This document shows positions 37,806 through 47,747 of a DNA stretch of 60,599 nt, piece after piece (positions within the stretch are counted from its first letter, which is position 1; the number at the start of each line of letters is the position of its first letter). The stretch is from positions 1 to 60,599 of IMG/VR virus record IMGVR_UViG_3300048856_000135; one strand, given 5' to 3'. This stretch comes from a virus. Its lineage: Duplodnaviria; Caudoviricetes. The notes under the pieces are model-generated. The model saw only the letters and a program-made list of their open reading frames with translations, made no database searches and was not told the DNA's origin. The translations under genes and the position numbers were made by a program.

Positions 37806-39011
37806 TTAGCTAACTAGCCGCATAAAGCCCGCATTACACATAAATGAATCGTTCATAATATCCATACCGGTCCGCTTGTCCTGCTCGTTGACGTGAACAT
37901 AAATCATTGTGGTGGTAATTTTCGAGTGCCCCATGATCTTCTGCAACGCCACCACATCTTTAGTTTGCCGGTAGTAGTGCGTGCCGAAAGTGTGCCGCGC
38001 AACGTGGAAGGTCAGCTTCTTTCTAATGTTCACTCCGTCCATAGCGGCAATGTCTTTCAGCGACCGGTTCATTTCTTGCTCCGTAGGGAGATTAAAGAAC
38101 TTACCAGTTTTCCGCTCGATTAAGTTCTGAGCGATCCTGGATAATGGTATCTGTACTTCCTTTTTGAAGCGCCTGTTCTTCCATGGAATAAAATGCATTT
38201 CATTATTTAGCTGCACCCAGCCCCATTCAGCACGATAGACGTCCGAAACGCGGATTGAGGTAAAACAGCTAAACAGGAAAGCTCTAAGCGTTTGCTGTCT
38301 AAGATCATCCAGGCGGTTCGACAGATATAATCCTGTAAGCCGGTTTATTTCGTCCTCTTCCAGATAGATCAGTGATGGAGCCGGAGGAGTATTAACATAA
38401 TTTTCAAAATCTTTATTCAAGCTGATACCTTCCTCCATCGCTAGATGCAGATATGTTTTGATGTCTTTAATCCTGCCCCAGATAGTCGCATCATCATTCT
38501 TATGCCTTGTGCTTAGATGTACCTTAAAACGCTGCAGCAATTTCCTATCAGTAGCGTAAAACGGAATTGAAGTTTTGAATTTCTTGAGCCGGTTCAAAGT
38601 GCCAATATTGTTCAGTCGGGTTCTATTGGAAATTTCCTTGTATTTGAATCGATCTGCAATCTTATGCTCCATGTAGGCAAGAAAATCCTTTCGCAAGTCA
38701 ATGTTCCGGAGTTCATCAATAAATAAGTCCATGGACAAAACCTTATCCTGGATGCGGTAGACCTTGAAAATCTCATTTACTTTCTGCAGCTCATTGGCGA
38801 TGATCAACTGATAGTCATTGAAATCAGCATCGCGCTTGCTGCGCGGCTTCATGGTGCCAGCCTTGTTATCAACAAGGTGTGCTGGCCACGACAGATTCAA
38901 AGGGATTGGTTTGCTTTCCCGATTGATGATCACTAGCAAATAAAGGGAAGCATTCCCGTTTTTCTGGACCCGGTTAGAATTGCATTTAAGTTTTACGGAA
39001 TAGCTTACCAT
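37806..39011 (-). CDS. int: Tyrosine integrase of prophage A
   Basis: Arm-binding N-terminus; FSCFTSIRVSD, FHVARHTF, MGHSKITTTMIY. Confidence 0.95.
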   Translation of the reverse strand: MVSYSVKLKCNSNRVQKNGNASLYLLVIINRESKPIPLNLSWPAHLVDNKAGTMKPRSKRDADFNDYQLIIANELQKVNEIFKVYRIQDKVLSMDLFIDELRNIDLRKDFLAYMEHKIADRFKYKEISNRTRLNNIGTLNRLKKFKTSIPFYATDRKLLQRFKVHLSTRHKNDDATIWGRIKDIKTYLHLAMEEGISLNKDFENYVNTPPAPSLIYLEEDEINRLTGLYLSNRLDDLRQQTLRAFLFSCFTSIRVSDVYRAEWGWVQLNNEMHFIPWKNRRFKKEVQIPLSRIAQNLIERKTGKFFNLPTEQEMNRSLKDIAAMDGVNIRKKLTFHVARHTFGTHYYRQTKDVVALQKIMGHSKITTTMIYVHVNEQDKRTGMDIMNDSFMCNAGFMRLVS

Positions 39012-39088
39012 AAAGATTGGTGTGTGTTTTTTTGATGTTAAAACAATGTTGAAACAAAGTGTAACTAATCACCAATTTTATGCTTTTA

Positions 39089-39123
39089 AAAAACGGCCTC
39101 TACGTGATGTAAAGGCCGTTTTT
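39089..39123. terminator. Bidirectional hairpin terminator
   Basis: AAAACGGCCT...AGGCCGTTTTT. Confidence 0.6.
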
Positions 39124-39154
39124 AGGTTTTTCCCTCTAAAGGTATCAGAGGGGG

Positions 39155-39172
39155 TGTACCCAGCGCCGGAGT
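39155..39172 (-). other. Probable att core, tRNA-Leu 3'-end fragment
   Basis: Reverse complement ACTCCGGCGCTGGGTACA resembles T-arm/acceptor 3' end of Bacteroidota tRNA-Leu; lies between two integrases; arm-like direct repeats at 39036/39047 and 39299/39311. Confidence 0.6.
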
Positions 39173-39331
39173 ACATAATCTTATACTTGTATATATCATA
39201 TTATACTTGAATATTGCCGTAAATCATTGTTAAACAGCGTTCTTTACCACCTACACGTGATAGCAACATATATTAAGATATATTAGAATATACACCGATT
39301 TGTATATATATTTGTATATAAAATAAAGGTA

Positions 39332-40573
39332 ATGATCAATCCGAAGTTCCATTTACAAGCCCTAAAATCGGCTAACGAAGGCGACTATCCTATCCTGATG
39401 TTGTTCAGTGTAAATAAAGCCAGACTCCAGTATTATACTGGCATCCGAATGCCTAAAAAATACCATGCGAAAAATGGGAAGTATCCATTTTCAAATAAGT
39501 GGCTAGAAGCGCCAGGAGTTAAGATGAAACTTGATGCTTTACTTAGACACGCCTACTCTATTGAGTCGGATTTGATCAAAGAAGGTGTCACTCAAACGGT
39601 CGATATTTTCCGAGAGGAACTGGATAAAAGATTTAAAGGCAGACAAGCCGAGAAAGTGAAGTCGTCAACTCTGGAAGATCGTATTGCTGAATACCTTGAA
39701 TATGTAAAGAATAACTTGGCATACAATACCTTCAAGAATAATCAATCCGGCTTAAACCATTTCAGGACGTTTTTAAGCAAAAAAGCCACAACCCTAAAGG
39801 TTTCAGACGTGGATGAAAATCTAATTGAAGGCTTCAACGATTACCTGAAAGCAGGCAGATTAAATAACACCGTTGTAAAAGCAATGCAGGTACTCAGGAC
39901 CTTTTTGCAGTACTGCCTAAAGAAGAAATACATCGCATCTCTCCCGCTCTTAGAAACCGGCAGCCCCAACAACATAACGGTAATTCACTTGAGCCATGAA
40001 GAGGTATTACAAATGGCTAATACTGCTATGCCCAGCCCAACTTTAGAGCGTGTAAGAGACTTTTTTGTATTTGGGTGTTTTACTGGTATGCGGTACTCAG
40101 ACATTGCCGGGCTGAAGAAGAGCAACGTTTTTAAGGACCACATCAAGTTTTTTATCCAGAAAAGCGGTGCAACCCAGGCATTAACTGTGCCCTTCACGCC
40201 AATGAGTAAAATGATCATCGACAAATACAAAGACATACCTGGCGAATATGCATTGCCATCAATAAGCAACCAAAAGACAAACGACTACCTTAAAGAGGTT
40301 GCAGCCCTGGCAGGCATCAACTCAGTAGTTGAAATTGCTCATAAAACAGCGGCCGGCCGAATCGAAAAAATTGAAACAACGAAGGATCAGCTTATCAGTT
40401 GCCATACAAGCCGTAAAAGTTTCATCACTATAGCCATGACGCTTGGCATGCCTGAAAGCGTGATAGTATCAATAACGGGCCACACTAAAGGATCTAAAGC
40501 TTTCCACAAATACTATGATGTAGTCAACTCGACGAAGTTCGACCAGATGGCTAAAATTTTTAATACAAACTAA
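39332..40573 (+). CDS. int: Tyrosine integrase of element B
   Basis: FGCFTGMRYSD, SCHTSRKSF, ITGH...FHKY. Confidence 0.95.
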   Translation: MINPKFHLQALKSANEGDYPILMLFSVNKARLQYYTGIRMPKKYHAKNGKYPFSNKWLEAPGVKMKLDALLRHAYSIESDLIKEGVTQTVDIFREELDKRFKGRQAEKVKSSTLEDRIAEYLEYVKNNLAYNTFKNNQSGLNHFRTFLSKKATTLKVSDVDENLIEGFNDYLKAGRLNNTVVKAMQVLRTFLQYCLKKKYIASLPLLETGSPNNITVIHLSHEEVLQMANTAMPSPTLERVRDFFVFGCFTGMRYSDIAGLKKSNVFKDHIKFFIQKSGATQALTVPFTPMSKMIIDKYKDIPGEYALPSISNQKTNDYLKEVAALAGINSVVEIAHKTAAGRIEKIETTKDQLISCHTSRKSFITIAMTLGMPESVIVSITGHTKGSKAFHKYYDVVNSTKFDQMAKIFNTN

Positions 40574-40574
40574 G

Positions 40575-41576
40575 ATGAGCAACAACCACGACTACAAGTA
40601 TTTCATTGAGCTCTGTCATAAAATGTCTGATACGTTGGATGAAGTTCCTTATCCTGAAGTTGATATCTCATTTGATGAATGGGGAACCATAACTCATCAC
40701 GCAATTAAGGGGATTAAAGAAAATTTGTATAACCTTGCAAGTGATAAGCAGCGTGAATTTTTCTTATTGGACGTTTTTGAGAACATCTTCAATGAATTAA
40801 ATAATATATTTTACCTTGTTTCAAATGAATATTTGTTTAAGGACGATAAAATTCAAGAACAGGCAAATCAGATAATAGAGGAAAGGCGCAACACTCCTGA
40901 CTTTGACGCGGAACCTGAATGCTATGTGAAACCATGGGATCGATATTTTCTACATAATAAATCGACGGCGTATATAAATCGCTGTGGCCTCAGTGTTTAT
41001 ACATTTACAAGCGAGGTCTCAGAACTTTGTTATGACTATGGAATTAAATTTGAAGAAATTATTAATAAGGTCATGATTTGGAATAATGTATCAAGCGGTG
41101 ATATTCGTCCTTTTTTCCATTATAAAGTATCCTCAGGAGGTTATATGGTAATGGGTGATTATGAGCCAACAAATCAGCCTACCACCGAAGTATCTGCAAA
41201 AGTAATACAGCTTAGCAAGCGTAGTTCTGCTATTGAATTTTCAGACATCTTCCACAGTAAGTACAAAGATGATTATATGGCCTTTTTCGATGAGCTAAAG
41301 AAAGAGCAATTTGGGTTCATAACTTCTGACGATAAGTGGAAAACTAAAGCTCGTGCCTATCAATTCTATAAACTGCTACAAAAAGGGGAAATCAAGGTGA
41401 TTAGAGAAACACTACCTGATGGCAGAATTATTAACGATACGATTGTTAAAGACCTTTTCCATAATGTCTTTGGAATAGAACCTGAAAACTTTAGAGCAAG
41501 AACTGCTCTAACTAAAGACAATGAGGATAAGTTTAATAGTGCAATACGATCTGTTGCCAACAGAATCAAGGGATAA
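40575..41576 (+). CDS. AT-rich hypothetical protein coupled to integrase
   Basis: ATG 1 nt after int stop; terminator follows. Confidence 0.7.
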   Translation: MSNNHDYKYFIELCHKMSDTLDEVPYPEVDISFDEWGTITHHAIKGIKENLYNLASDKQREFFLLDVFENIFNELNNIFYLVSNEYLFKDDKIQEQANQIIEERRNTPDFDAEPECYVKPWDRYFLHNKSTAYINRCGLSVYTFTSEVSELCYDYGIKFEEIINKVMIWNNVSSGDIRPFFHYKVSSGGYMVMGDYEPTNQPTTEVSAKVIQLSKRSSAIEFSDIFHSKYKDDYMAFFDELKKEQFGFITSDDKWKTKARAYQFYKLLQKGEIKVIRETLPDGRIINDTIVKDLFHNVFGIEPENFRARTALTKDNEDKFNSAIRSVANRIKG

Positions 41577-41599
41577 GGCTATTTAATCATCTACCTCAC

Positions 41600-41627
41600 A
41601 AACCTGCTCAAGTAGCGGGTTTTTTTG
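41600..41627 (+). terminator. Intrinsic terminator
   Basis: AACCTGCT-caagt-AGCGGGTTTTTTT. Confidence 0.75.
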
Positions 41628-41793
41628 TGCTTTGTTATTTCTTAATGGCGAAAATATTCGTGCTTATTAAGACTATTTGATGTGTAAGTGATAATAACAT
41701 ACAACTATTTTCTTCCATTTTTTCCATTTATGGAAGCTTTGGAAGTTCTGGAAAACCGACCTGAGTACGTTTGTAACAACAAATCACAAACAC

Positions 41794-42111
41794 ATGGGCA
41801 TTAACATTTTAACAGAAGAACAAGCCAAAGCAATGGCAACCGAATGCGGCCTCGCTGCAGTGCAGATGTTCATTGAAAAATACCTGCCAGGCTTCCAAGA
41901 TTTTCAAAAAGCACCAACCCCGGCAGAGAAAGATCAAATGATGACTGTCAAAGAACTTGCAGAGTACTGGGGTTGCCACATCCAATCTATAAGACAGAAG
42001 AAGCGTAGCGGCGAGCTGCCTTTTTATCAGCATAAGCGAACCATCCTATTTAAAAAGTCTGAAATCGATGCGTTGACTGCCAATCCGCTTCCTAAAAAAA
42101 GAGGATACTAG
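41794..42111 (+). CDS. Excisionase/HTH_17 DNA-binding protein
   Basis: MTVKELAEYWG...GELPFYQ...ILFKKSEIDA. Confidence 0.85.
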   Translation: MGINILTEEQAKAMATECGLAAVQMFIEKYLPGFQDFQKAPTPAEKDQMMTVKELAEYWGCHIQSIRQKKRSGELPFYQHKRTILFKKSEIDALTANPLPKKRGY

Positions 42112-42114
42112 TTT

Positions 42115-43578
42115 ATGAGTGTCGAGGCGAAAAAAGTACTTATCTATAATCGGCTTGAACCGCTGTTACGGGAAAAAGTTCAAGACTCTCGAGATCCAGC
42201 GGAGAGGGTAATCTTTGAGGGCATTGAATACTCCTTGTATGAACTTCGTGGATTGATTAATGAAAACCAACGCGAGTACGGTGAACCTTCAATGAGCTTT
42301 GGCCCGGGCTTCAACAACAATTATGAAAACTATCCTCCACTAAAGCCAACAGCCGAATCTATCAGAGAAGTCGAAATTGATACTGACCGGAGTAAAGGTG
42401 CCGTAAAGAAAAATAGTTTACTAAATCCAAAGGCAGCTGAACAATTTGGAAGGGGAATTACGACAACCCAAGAAGAGCCCGCAAAAGTAGTCGAGTGGCT
42501 AACTGGTGAAGACCTGTTTAAAATGAGTGGTGAGAAGCCACCGATGCTTATCGACGGCATTGCACCGCAGGTAGGAATCCTTGCACTAGTAGGATCTAGC
42601 GACACCGGTAAAAGTATGCTTCTTAGGCAGCTGGCAATTTCATGTGTTCGAGGGTTTAACTTTTTAGGATTTAAGCTAAATGTTAGGTACGCGGCAGCCC
42701 TACTTGTAGTGACTGAAGATGAGGCGCAAAACCTAAGATGGATATATGGAAAGCAGACCGAAAATAATCCACAAGGTTTAGAAAACCTGCACTTCCTGTT
42801 TGACAGCGAAGACATCATTGCAAGGCTCGAGGAAAAGCTTATTCATATCAAAGTAGACATTATTATTGTTGACGCATGGGGTGATGCCTTTACTGGCAAC
42901 CAGGTGGATAGTGGTCAGATCAGACAAAAGCTCAACGAATACAAGGCGTTAGGCCAGAAGCATGATTGTGCCGTAGCGTTTTTACACCATACCGGAAAAC
43001 GAACCCAAAAGCTAGTGCCTTCAAAGGATAACATTCTAGCAGGTCAGGGCTTCGAAGCTAAGATGCGGTTAGTAATGGAACTTAGGGAAGACATTCAAGA
43101 CCCTGATTATAGACATCTCTGCATTGTAAAAGGCAACTACGTAGGCAAGGAAAACAAGAACAGCAGCTTTAAATTATTCTTCGATCCTGAAACTTTCTTG
43201 TTCTCAAACACTGGCGAGCGTGTACCATTTGAAGAACTCGCCACCATAACTGAAACCGGGTACCCAGCTAAGGTTCCTAGTAAAAAACCCTATGAGATTG
43301 AAGATTTTATTCATAAAGAATTACTCCTACAAGTATTCTCCGGAAAGTTTGCAAAACCAAAACTTAAAGATCTACTCACCCGCCTAAGCTCAAAATACGA
43401 AGCAAAATTCGGTGGCACATACGGCGGAAAAAGAGTGGACGCGCTTCTGGATTACCTATTAAATGATATAAACTTCATCGCTAAGCACGGGGTAGACAGA
43501 AGCCCTCAGGCATATTACTATTTAACATTTTTAACTACTGAGCACCCTACTGGCTACCCTGAAAATGGTGGTGAGTAG
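42115..43578 (+). CDS. AAA_25/RepA-like helicase
   Basis: GSSDTGKS, IIIVDA, FLHHTGK motifs. Confidence 0.88.
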   Translation: MSVEAKKVLIYNRLEPLLREKVQDSRDPAERVIFEGIEYSLYELRGLINENQREYGEPSMSFGPGFNNNYENYPPLKPTAESIREVEIDTDRSKGAVKKNSLLNPKAAEQFGRGITTTQEEPAKVVEWLTGEDLFKMSGEKPPMLIDGIAPQVGILALVGSSDTGKSMLLRQLAISCVRGFNFLGFKLNVRYAAALLVVTEDEAQNLRWIYGKQTENNPQGLENLHFLFDSEDIIARLEEKLIHIKVDIIIVDAWGDAFTGNQVDSGQIRQKLNEYKALGQKHDCAVAFLHHTGKRTQKLVPSKDNILAGQGFEAKMRLVMELREDIQDPDYRHLCIVKGNYVGKENKNSSFKLFFDPETFLFSNTGERVPFEELATITETGYPAKVPSKKPYEIEDFIHKELLLQVFSGKFAKPKLKDLLTRLSSKYEAKFGGTYGGKRVDALLDYLLNDINFIAKHGVDRSPQAYYYLTFLTTEHPTGYPENGGE

Positions 43579-43628
43579 TACTACTGACTACCCCCTAAAA
43601 TACCTTAGGTATTAGGGTGGTGAGTAGT
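43535..43628. repeat. Iteron cluster, probable origin of element B
   Basis: CTACTG..(T/C)ACCC x3, inverse-like GGTGGTGAGTAGT x2, palindrome AATACCT-T-AGGTATT; between helicase and primase. Confidence 0.6.
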
Positions 43629-43645
43629 GACCTAAATAATAACGA

Positions 43646-44653
43646 ATGATTATGCAATACATACCTGAAAAATGCAGCCTATTCAAACCATATCTCTACA
43701 ATGGACAATGGTGTATGGGAACAAAACCGGAAACAGTCGGTATACTGGACATGCTAACTTACCAGTGGCAACCTGAACTTATAGAAAAGGTTAGACAAAC
43801 AGCAGATAAAGATGAAAGGTCAGCACTTAAAAGACAATTATGGGCAATATCTCCCTCAAGCATACAAGAGAAAGGCCGGGGGGTAAAATATGTTGTCGAA
43901 CACAACTCTTTATTGCAGTTCGATATTGATCCAAAAGACAACCCTATCCTACTTGAATCAGGTGGCCTGCAGAAAGTTAAGGAATGCCTTATCAAGATTC
44001 CATATACTGTCTATTGTGGCTTATCATCTAGTGGTACCGGCATTTGGGGATTCTTTAGGATTAGCCATCCACATCTACATGAGCAGCATTTCAATGCCAT
44101 GGAAAAAGCATTTGATCAGATTGGGATTGTGATAGATCCCGCTCCCAAATCTACCGCGTCAATAAGGTTCGTTTGCCATGACCCTGATGCATTCTATAAC
44201 GATGATCCAAAAATCTTTGATCTCAGGCTTGAACCGGTCGTAAAAGAAAAGAAATCTCTAGTGACAGAAGGTAAAAGCTCCGATCAATCCGATGGGAAAG
44301 ATCTGATAGCAAACTTCAACACTAATTGTACGCCTGATTCGATTGATGAGATTCTTACAAACTTCGGATTCAATTATCATAGTCACCAAGGCAAATCATA
44401 CCGTTATACCCGGCCCGGCAAGGACACGAAAGCAGGGTTAAGTGTAGACTACCATGAAGATAAACGAACACTGTATTGCTTCTCAAGTGAAGTGCCTGGT
44501 CTTGAACACTGGAAGAATGATAAAGCTGGATGGAGTTGTAGCCCCTTGACGGCGCTAAGGGTTTATGGGTTTGGTATGCCCTCCGAAAATGACGACGCCA
44601 AGCGAGAACATTGGGCAAATGTATTTAACTACATAAAGTCAAAGCTTCCATAA
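43646..44653 (+). CDS. BT4734/BF3469 (VirE N-terminal) primase-like protein
   Basis: LLQFDID, SSSGTGI, IDPAPKS...RFVCHDP; C-terminal YTRPGKD. Confidence 0.8.
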   Translation: MIMQYIPEKCSLFKPYLYNGQWCMGTKPETVGILDMLTYQWQPELIEKVRQTADKDERSALKRQLWAISPSSIQEKGRGVKYVVEHNSLLQFDIDPKDNPILLESGGLQKVKECLIKIPYTVYCGLSSSGTGIWGFFRISHPHLHEQHFNAMEKAFDQIGIVIDPAPKSTASIRFVCHDPDAFYNDDPKIFDLRLEPVVKEKKSLVTEGKSSDQSDGKDLIANFNTNCTPDSIDEILTNFGFNYHSHQGKSYRYTRPGKDTKAGLSVDYHEDKRTLYCFSSEVPGLEHWKNDKAGWSCSPLTALRVYGFGMPSENDDAKREHWANVFNYIKSKLP

Positions 44654-44904
44654 CATTTAATAATTGGAGAAATAATGAAAATACCCCTGTTTCCGCCCCG
44701 TGTCCGCTTCGGGGTAAAATGTTCGAAAATGAGCCGTTACGGGAAAATCCCGTATCGATGCACCGGCGACCAGGATGCGTCAGGCTAAACGACCGAAAAA
44801 TAGCATTGGTATTCTGATCAGGAGTACATTAAGCACGTCCAACTATTTGAAAAACAACTTATTAGAATACATCAAAGGAATTTATATACAAAATCATACA
44901 CACA

Positions 44905-45279
44905 ATGGATAAAAATGAACCTAAAAAGCCCGATAAACCAAACCTATTTAAGCCGGGTATGGTGGCTAATCCGAATGGTAGACCGAAAGGATCGCCAAAT
45001 AAGATAAATGCTCGCGTCAAAAACTTAATTGAGAAGTTCTACTTCGACAATGAAGAAACTATGCAGGCTGATTTCGATTCATTAGATGCTAAAGACCGCT
45101 GGGCAGTACGGCTTAGAATGCTTCCTTTCATAACACCAACTATGATGGCATCTAAAGAGGAAAAGACGATCAACCATACCGGCTTTGAGCATATGAGTAC
45201 AAAACAGCTAAGAGACATATTACTAAAATTCAACCCATCCAAAGATGCAGAAGACATTGACCATACAGAAACAGAATAA
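44905..45279 (+). CDS. Small-terminase-like protein 1 (DUF5681-like)
   Basis: FKPGMVANPNGRPKGSPNK; overlaps terL start. Confidence 0.75.
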   Translation: MDKNEPKKPDKPNLFKPGMVANPNGRPKGSPNKINARVKNLIEKFYFDNEETMQADFDSLDAKDRWAVRLRMLPFITPTMMASKEEKTINHTGFEHMSTKQLRDILLKFNPSKDAEDIDHTETE

Positions 45280-46693
45280 AGAGGAATTAGAAGCTATCAG
45301 GCGGGAGCTTATTATAAGAGAGAGCCGAGAGAACCTTTTAATGTTTACCCGTGCTACAATGCCATCGTTTGAGGCTACCTGGTTTCATCAGATGTATATA
45401 GGTAGATATTTGAATGACTTCGCTCATGGCAGGATTAAAAAGCTAATGATTTTTTGCCCCCCCCAACATGGTAAGTCTGAGGGATCAACCAGGAGGCTGC
45501 CAGCCTACCTTCTCGGTCTGAATCCAGATCTAAAGGTTGCAATCGTATCCCACACAGCATCACTAGCCAGTAAGTTCAATAAGGAAATCCAGCGGATTAT
45601 CGATGAGCCCTCCTATCAAGAGATATTCCCTTCAACAACGCTATCTAATGGTAACGACAATTATGCGAGGAACAATACCGAGCTTGAGGTTGTAGGCCGC
45701 AGAGGGGGTATAAGGTCGATCGGTGTTGAAGGTGGGTTAACTGGTGAAAGTGTGGATATCCTGATTATGGATGACTTGTATAAGGATGCAATGGATGCCT
45801 GGTCACCGATTGTACGGGCCAACGTTGAAGATTGGTACTCAACCGTAGCTGAGACACGCCTGCATAATGATAGCCAGCAGCTTATCGTATTTACCAGATG
45901 GCACCATGAAGATTTAGCAGGCAAGCTCCTATCCCACCCAGATCATGGATGGACAGTGATTGCCTATCCTGCTATCAAAGTTGGCGATCAGACCGAAGAT
46001 GATCCCCGCGAAGATGGTGAGGCTCTATATCCACAAAAGCACAGCATTGAGCGCCTTGAGGCCAAGCGGAATAGTGATGCATACGTCTTTGAATGCATGT
46101 ATCAGCAGAATCCACAACCAAAGGAAGGCTTGCTTTACCAGCCGTTTAAGACCTACACTGAGGTGCCTACCATCGGTGTTACTCGCAAAGCATTTGTGGA
46201 CACTGCGGACCTTGGCAAAGATTATTTATGCTCAATCGCATATGCTGAGACTAAGGATGGAATATTCGTGCTGGATATCATCTACACTCAGGAAGGTATG
46301 GAGATCACTGAACCTAAGACAGCGAAGCAGTTCTATGATCACCAGGTGCAATATGCAGTAATTGAATCCAATAATGGAGGACGTGGCTTTGCACGCAACG
46401 TAGAGGCTAAAAGCAAGGAGTTAGGCAATCACCGCACCCGAATTGAATGGTTTACTCAGTCGCTTAATAAGCTTGCCAGGATCAACACAAATTCGACAAC
46501 CGTCAACAACCTCGTGCACATGCCTGAAGGATGGAATACCATGTGGCCGCGGTTCTACAATCACATCACAAACTATTCAGCAATTGGCAAGAATGCCCAT
46601 GATGATTGTGCCGATACCTTGACCGGCATGGGTGAGCGCTTCAAAGGCGGCACTAAGCGTTCTAACTTCCGCGTATTCTCAAACATACATTAA
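45245..46693 (+). CDS. terL: Terminase large subunit
   Basis: PPQHGKS, LIMDD, FTRWHHEDL, YQQNP, FVDTA, IESNNGG, HDDCAD. Confidence 0.92.
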   Translation: MQKTLTIQKQNKEELEAIRRELIIRESRENLLMFTRATMPSFEATWFHQMYIGRYLNDFAHGRIKKLMIFCPPQHGKSEGSTRRLPAYLLGLNPDLKVAIVSHTASLASKFNKEIQRIIDEPSYQEIFPSTTLSNGNDNYARNNTELEVVGRRGGIRSIGVEGGLTGESVDILIMDDLYKDAMDAWSPIVRANVEDWYSTVAETRLHNDSQQLIVFTRWHHEDLAGKLLSHPDHGWTVIAYPAIKVGDQTEDDPREDGEALYPQKHSIERLEAKRNSDAYVFECMYQQNPQPKEGLLYQPFKTYTEVPTIGVTRKAFVDTADLGKDYLCSIAYAETKDGIFVLDIIYTQEGMEITEPKTAKQFYDHQVQYAVIESNNGGRGFARNVEAKSKELGNHRTRIEWFTQSLNKLARINTNSTTVNNLVHMPEGWNTMWPRFYNHITNYSAIGKNAHDDCADTLTGMGERFKGGTKRSNFRVFSNIH

Positions 46694-46703
46694 CCCCAAA
46701 CAT

Positions 46704-46880
46704 ATGATAACAGAAGCAAAAAACACCCCGCTAGAATTAGTATTGACTCAGACAGATAAAGCTGATCTCATCAAGTTAATCATCGAAATCGAACAGATCA
46801 ACAGTGCAAACCCCAAGGATGCCAGGTACCAGATTAACCAAGTGATTCTTGACAGCATTCCTAACTACGTATTCATTTAA
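46704..46880 (+). CDS. Small hypothetical protein, 58 aa
   Basis: ATG 46704 shortly after terL. Confidence 0.5.
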   Translation: MITEAKNTPLELVLTQTDKADLIKLIIEIEQINSANPKDARYQINQVILDSIPNYVFI

Positions 46881-46891
46881 ACCCTACAGCT

Positions 46892-47071
46892 ATGACAAGA
46901 GAACAACTACACGATCAGATTGGTGACTACATAGAGTTAGCCGCCACAGACATCACAGCTGCGCACCGCATGATTGAACTTTATGCCCAGTTAGCATTGA
47001 TGTTAGGTAAGGACATTAAAGAACTTACCGCCGAAAACATAAGACTTAAACAACATCTGAAGAACAAATAA
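46892..47071 (+). CDS. Small hypothetical protein, 59 aa, absent from track
   Basis: MTREQLHDQIGDYIELAA... fills operon gap. Confidence 0.5.
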   Translation: MTREQLHDQIGDYIELAATDITAAHRMIELYAQLALMLGKDIKELTAENIRLKQHLKNK

Positions 47072-47090
47072 ACAAACTTAATACAAGATC

Positions 47091-47345
47091 ATGAAACAAA
47101 TCGCAGAAACCCCTACTCACACCGTTCACCTTGATTATTTTCAAGGCCAACAGATGAGAATGCACCGGAATAAATTAACCGGCGAAGTATCATTTAACAC
47201 TGATGATGTGGCGAAAGTATTAGGCTACAAGGACCACAATGATATGATGAGTGATCCAAAAGTCCAGGCTAAGCTAATAGAGTTTGAGACTTTGACTGGA
47301 AAGTCTGCTATCAAGGAGTCCCTTATTAACAGTCACTTGAATTAA
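47091..47345 (+). CDS. BRO-N-like/antirepressor-like DNA-binding protein
   Basis: FQGQQMRM...GEVSFNTDDVAKVLGY. Confidence 0.6.
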   Translation: MKQIAETPTHTVHLDYFQGQQMRMHRNKLTGEVSFNTDDVAKVLGYKDHNDMMSDPKVQAKLIEFETLTGKSAIKESLINSHLN

Positions 47346-47359
47346 CAACCCCTAACATT

Positions 47360-47587
47360 TTGAAGATTATCAAGCTGAAAGCGCCGGTGCCGGAGTTTAA
47401 GGCCAGCCAAGAAATGGAGAACTTCTTTAAAGCGGTGATCCTCATTCATCAGTGTGATTCCTTTATTGAATTAGATGGTGCTGCATCCGTCATTGACGGT
47501 TCATCAGGAACTTTCGATTCGATCGACTACAGTCAACTTAAAAGTATGATTACCAATCACCGAAACAGAATTTCAAGAAACACATAG
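47360..47587 (+). CDS. Hypothetical protein
   Basis: ORF with TTG start in operon. Confidence 0.4.
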   Translation: MKIIKLKAPVPEFKASQEMENFFKAVILIHQCDSFIELDGAASVIDGSSGTFDSIDYSQLKSMITNHRNRISRNT

Positions 47588-47591
47588 CAAC

Positions 47592-47747
47592 ATGAGCAAA
47601 AAAGTAGATAAAGAAATGATCAGAATCCTGGAGCAGGAGATCAAGAACGTATACGCCAATAGGCATATGGACAAGGATTACAAGCAAGCTAAAATCAAGG
47701 AGCTTAAATCACTAATTGAAGAAGAAAGGGAAAAGTCCTATGCATAA
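47592..47747 (+). CDS. Small hypothetical protein, 51 aa, absent from track
   Basis: MSKKVDKEMIRILEQEIK...; overlaps next ATG 47740. Confidence 0.5.
   Translation: MSKKVDKEMIRILEQEIKNVYANRHMDKDYKQAKIKELKSLIEEEREKSYA

Larger units (their letters stand above)
1..39154. mobile_element. Prophage A, siphovirus-like, left end outside window
   Basis: Repressor/cro switch, replication genes, ClpP, capsid, terminase, portal, lysis, tail, tape measure and a terminal tyrosine integrase next to an att-like core. Confidence 0.93.

Noticed and set aside
39155-39172. Complete tRNA gene
   Set aside because: Only a 3'-end-like fragment; no D or anticodon arm adjacent
43595-43608. SOS box in the element B origin
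   Set aside because: Spacer is 6 nt (CTAA-N6-TTAG) and is explained by the origin palindrome
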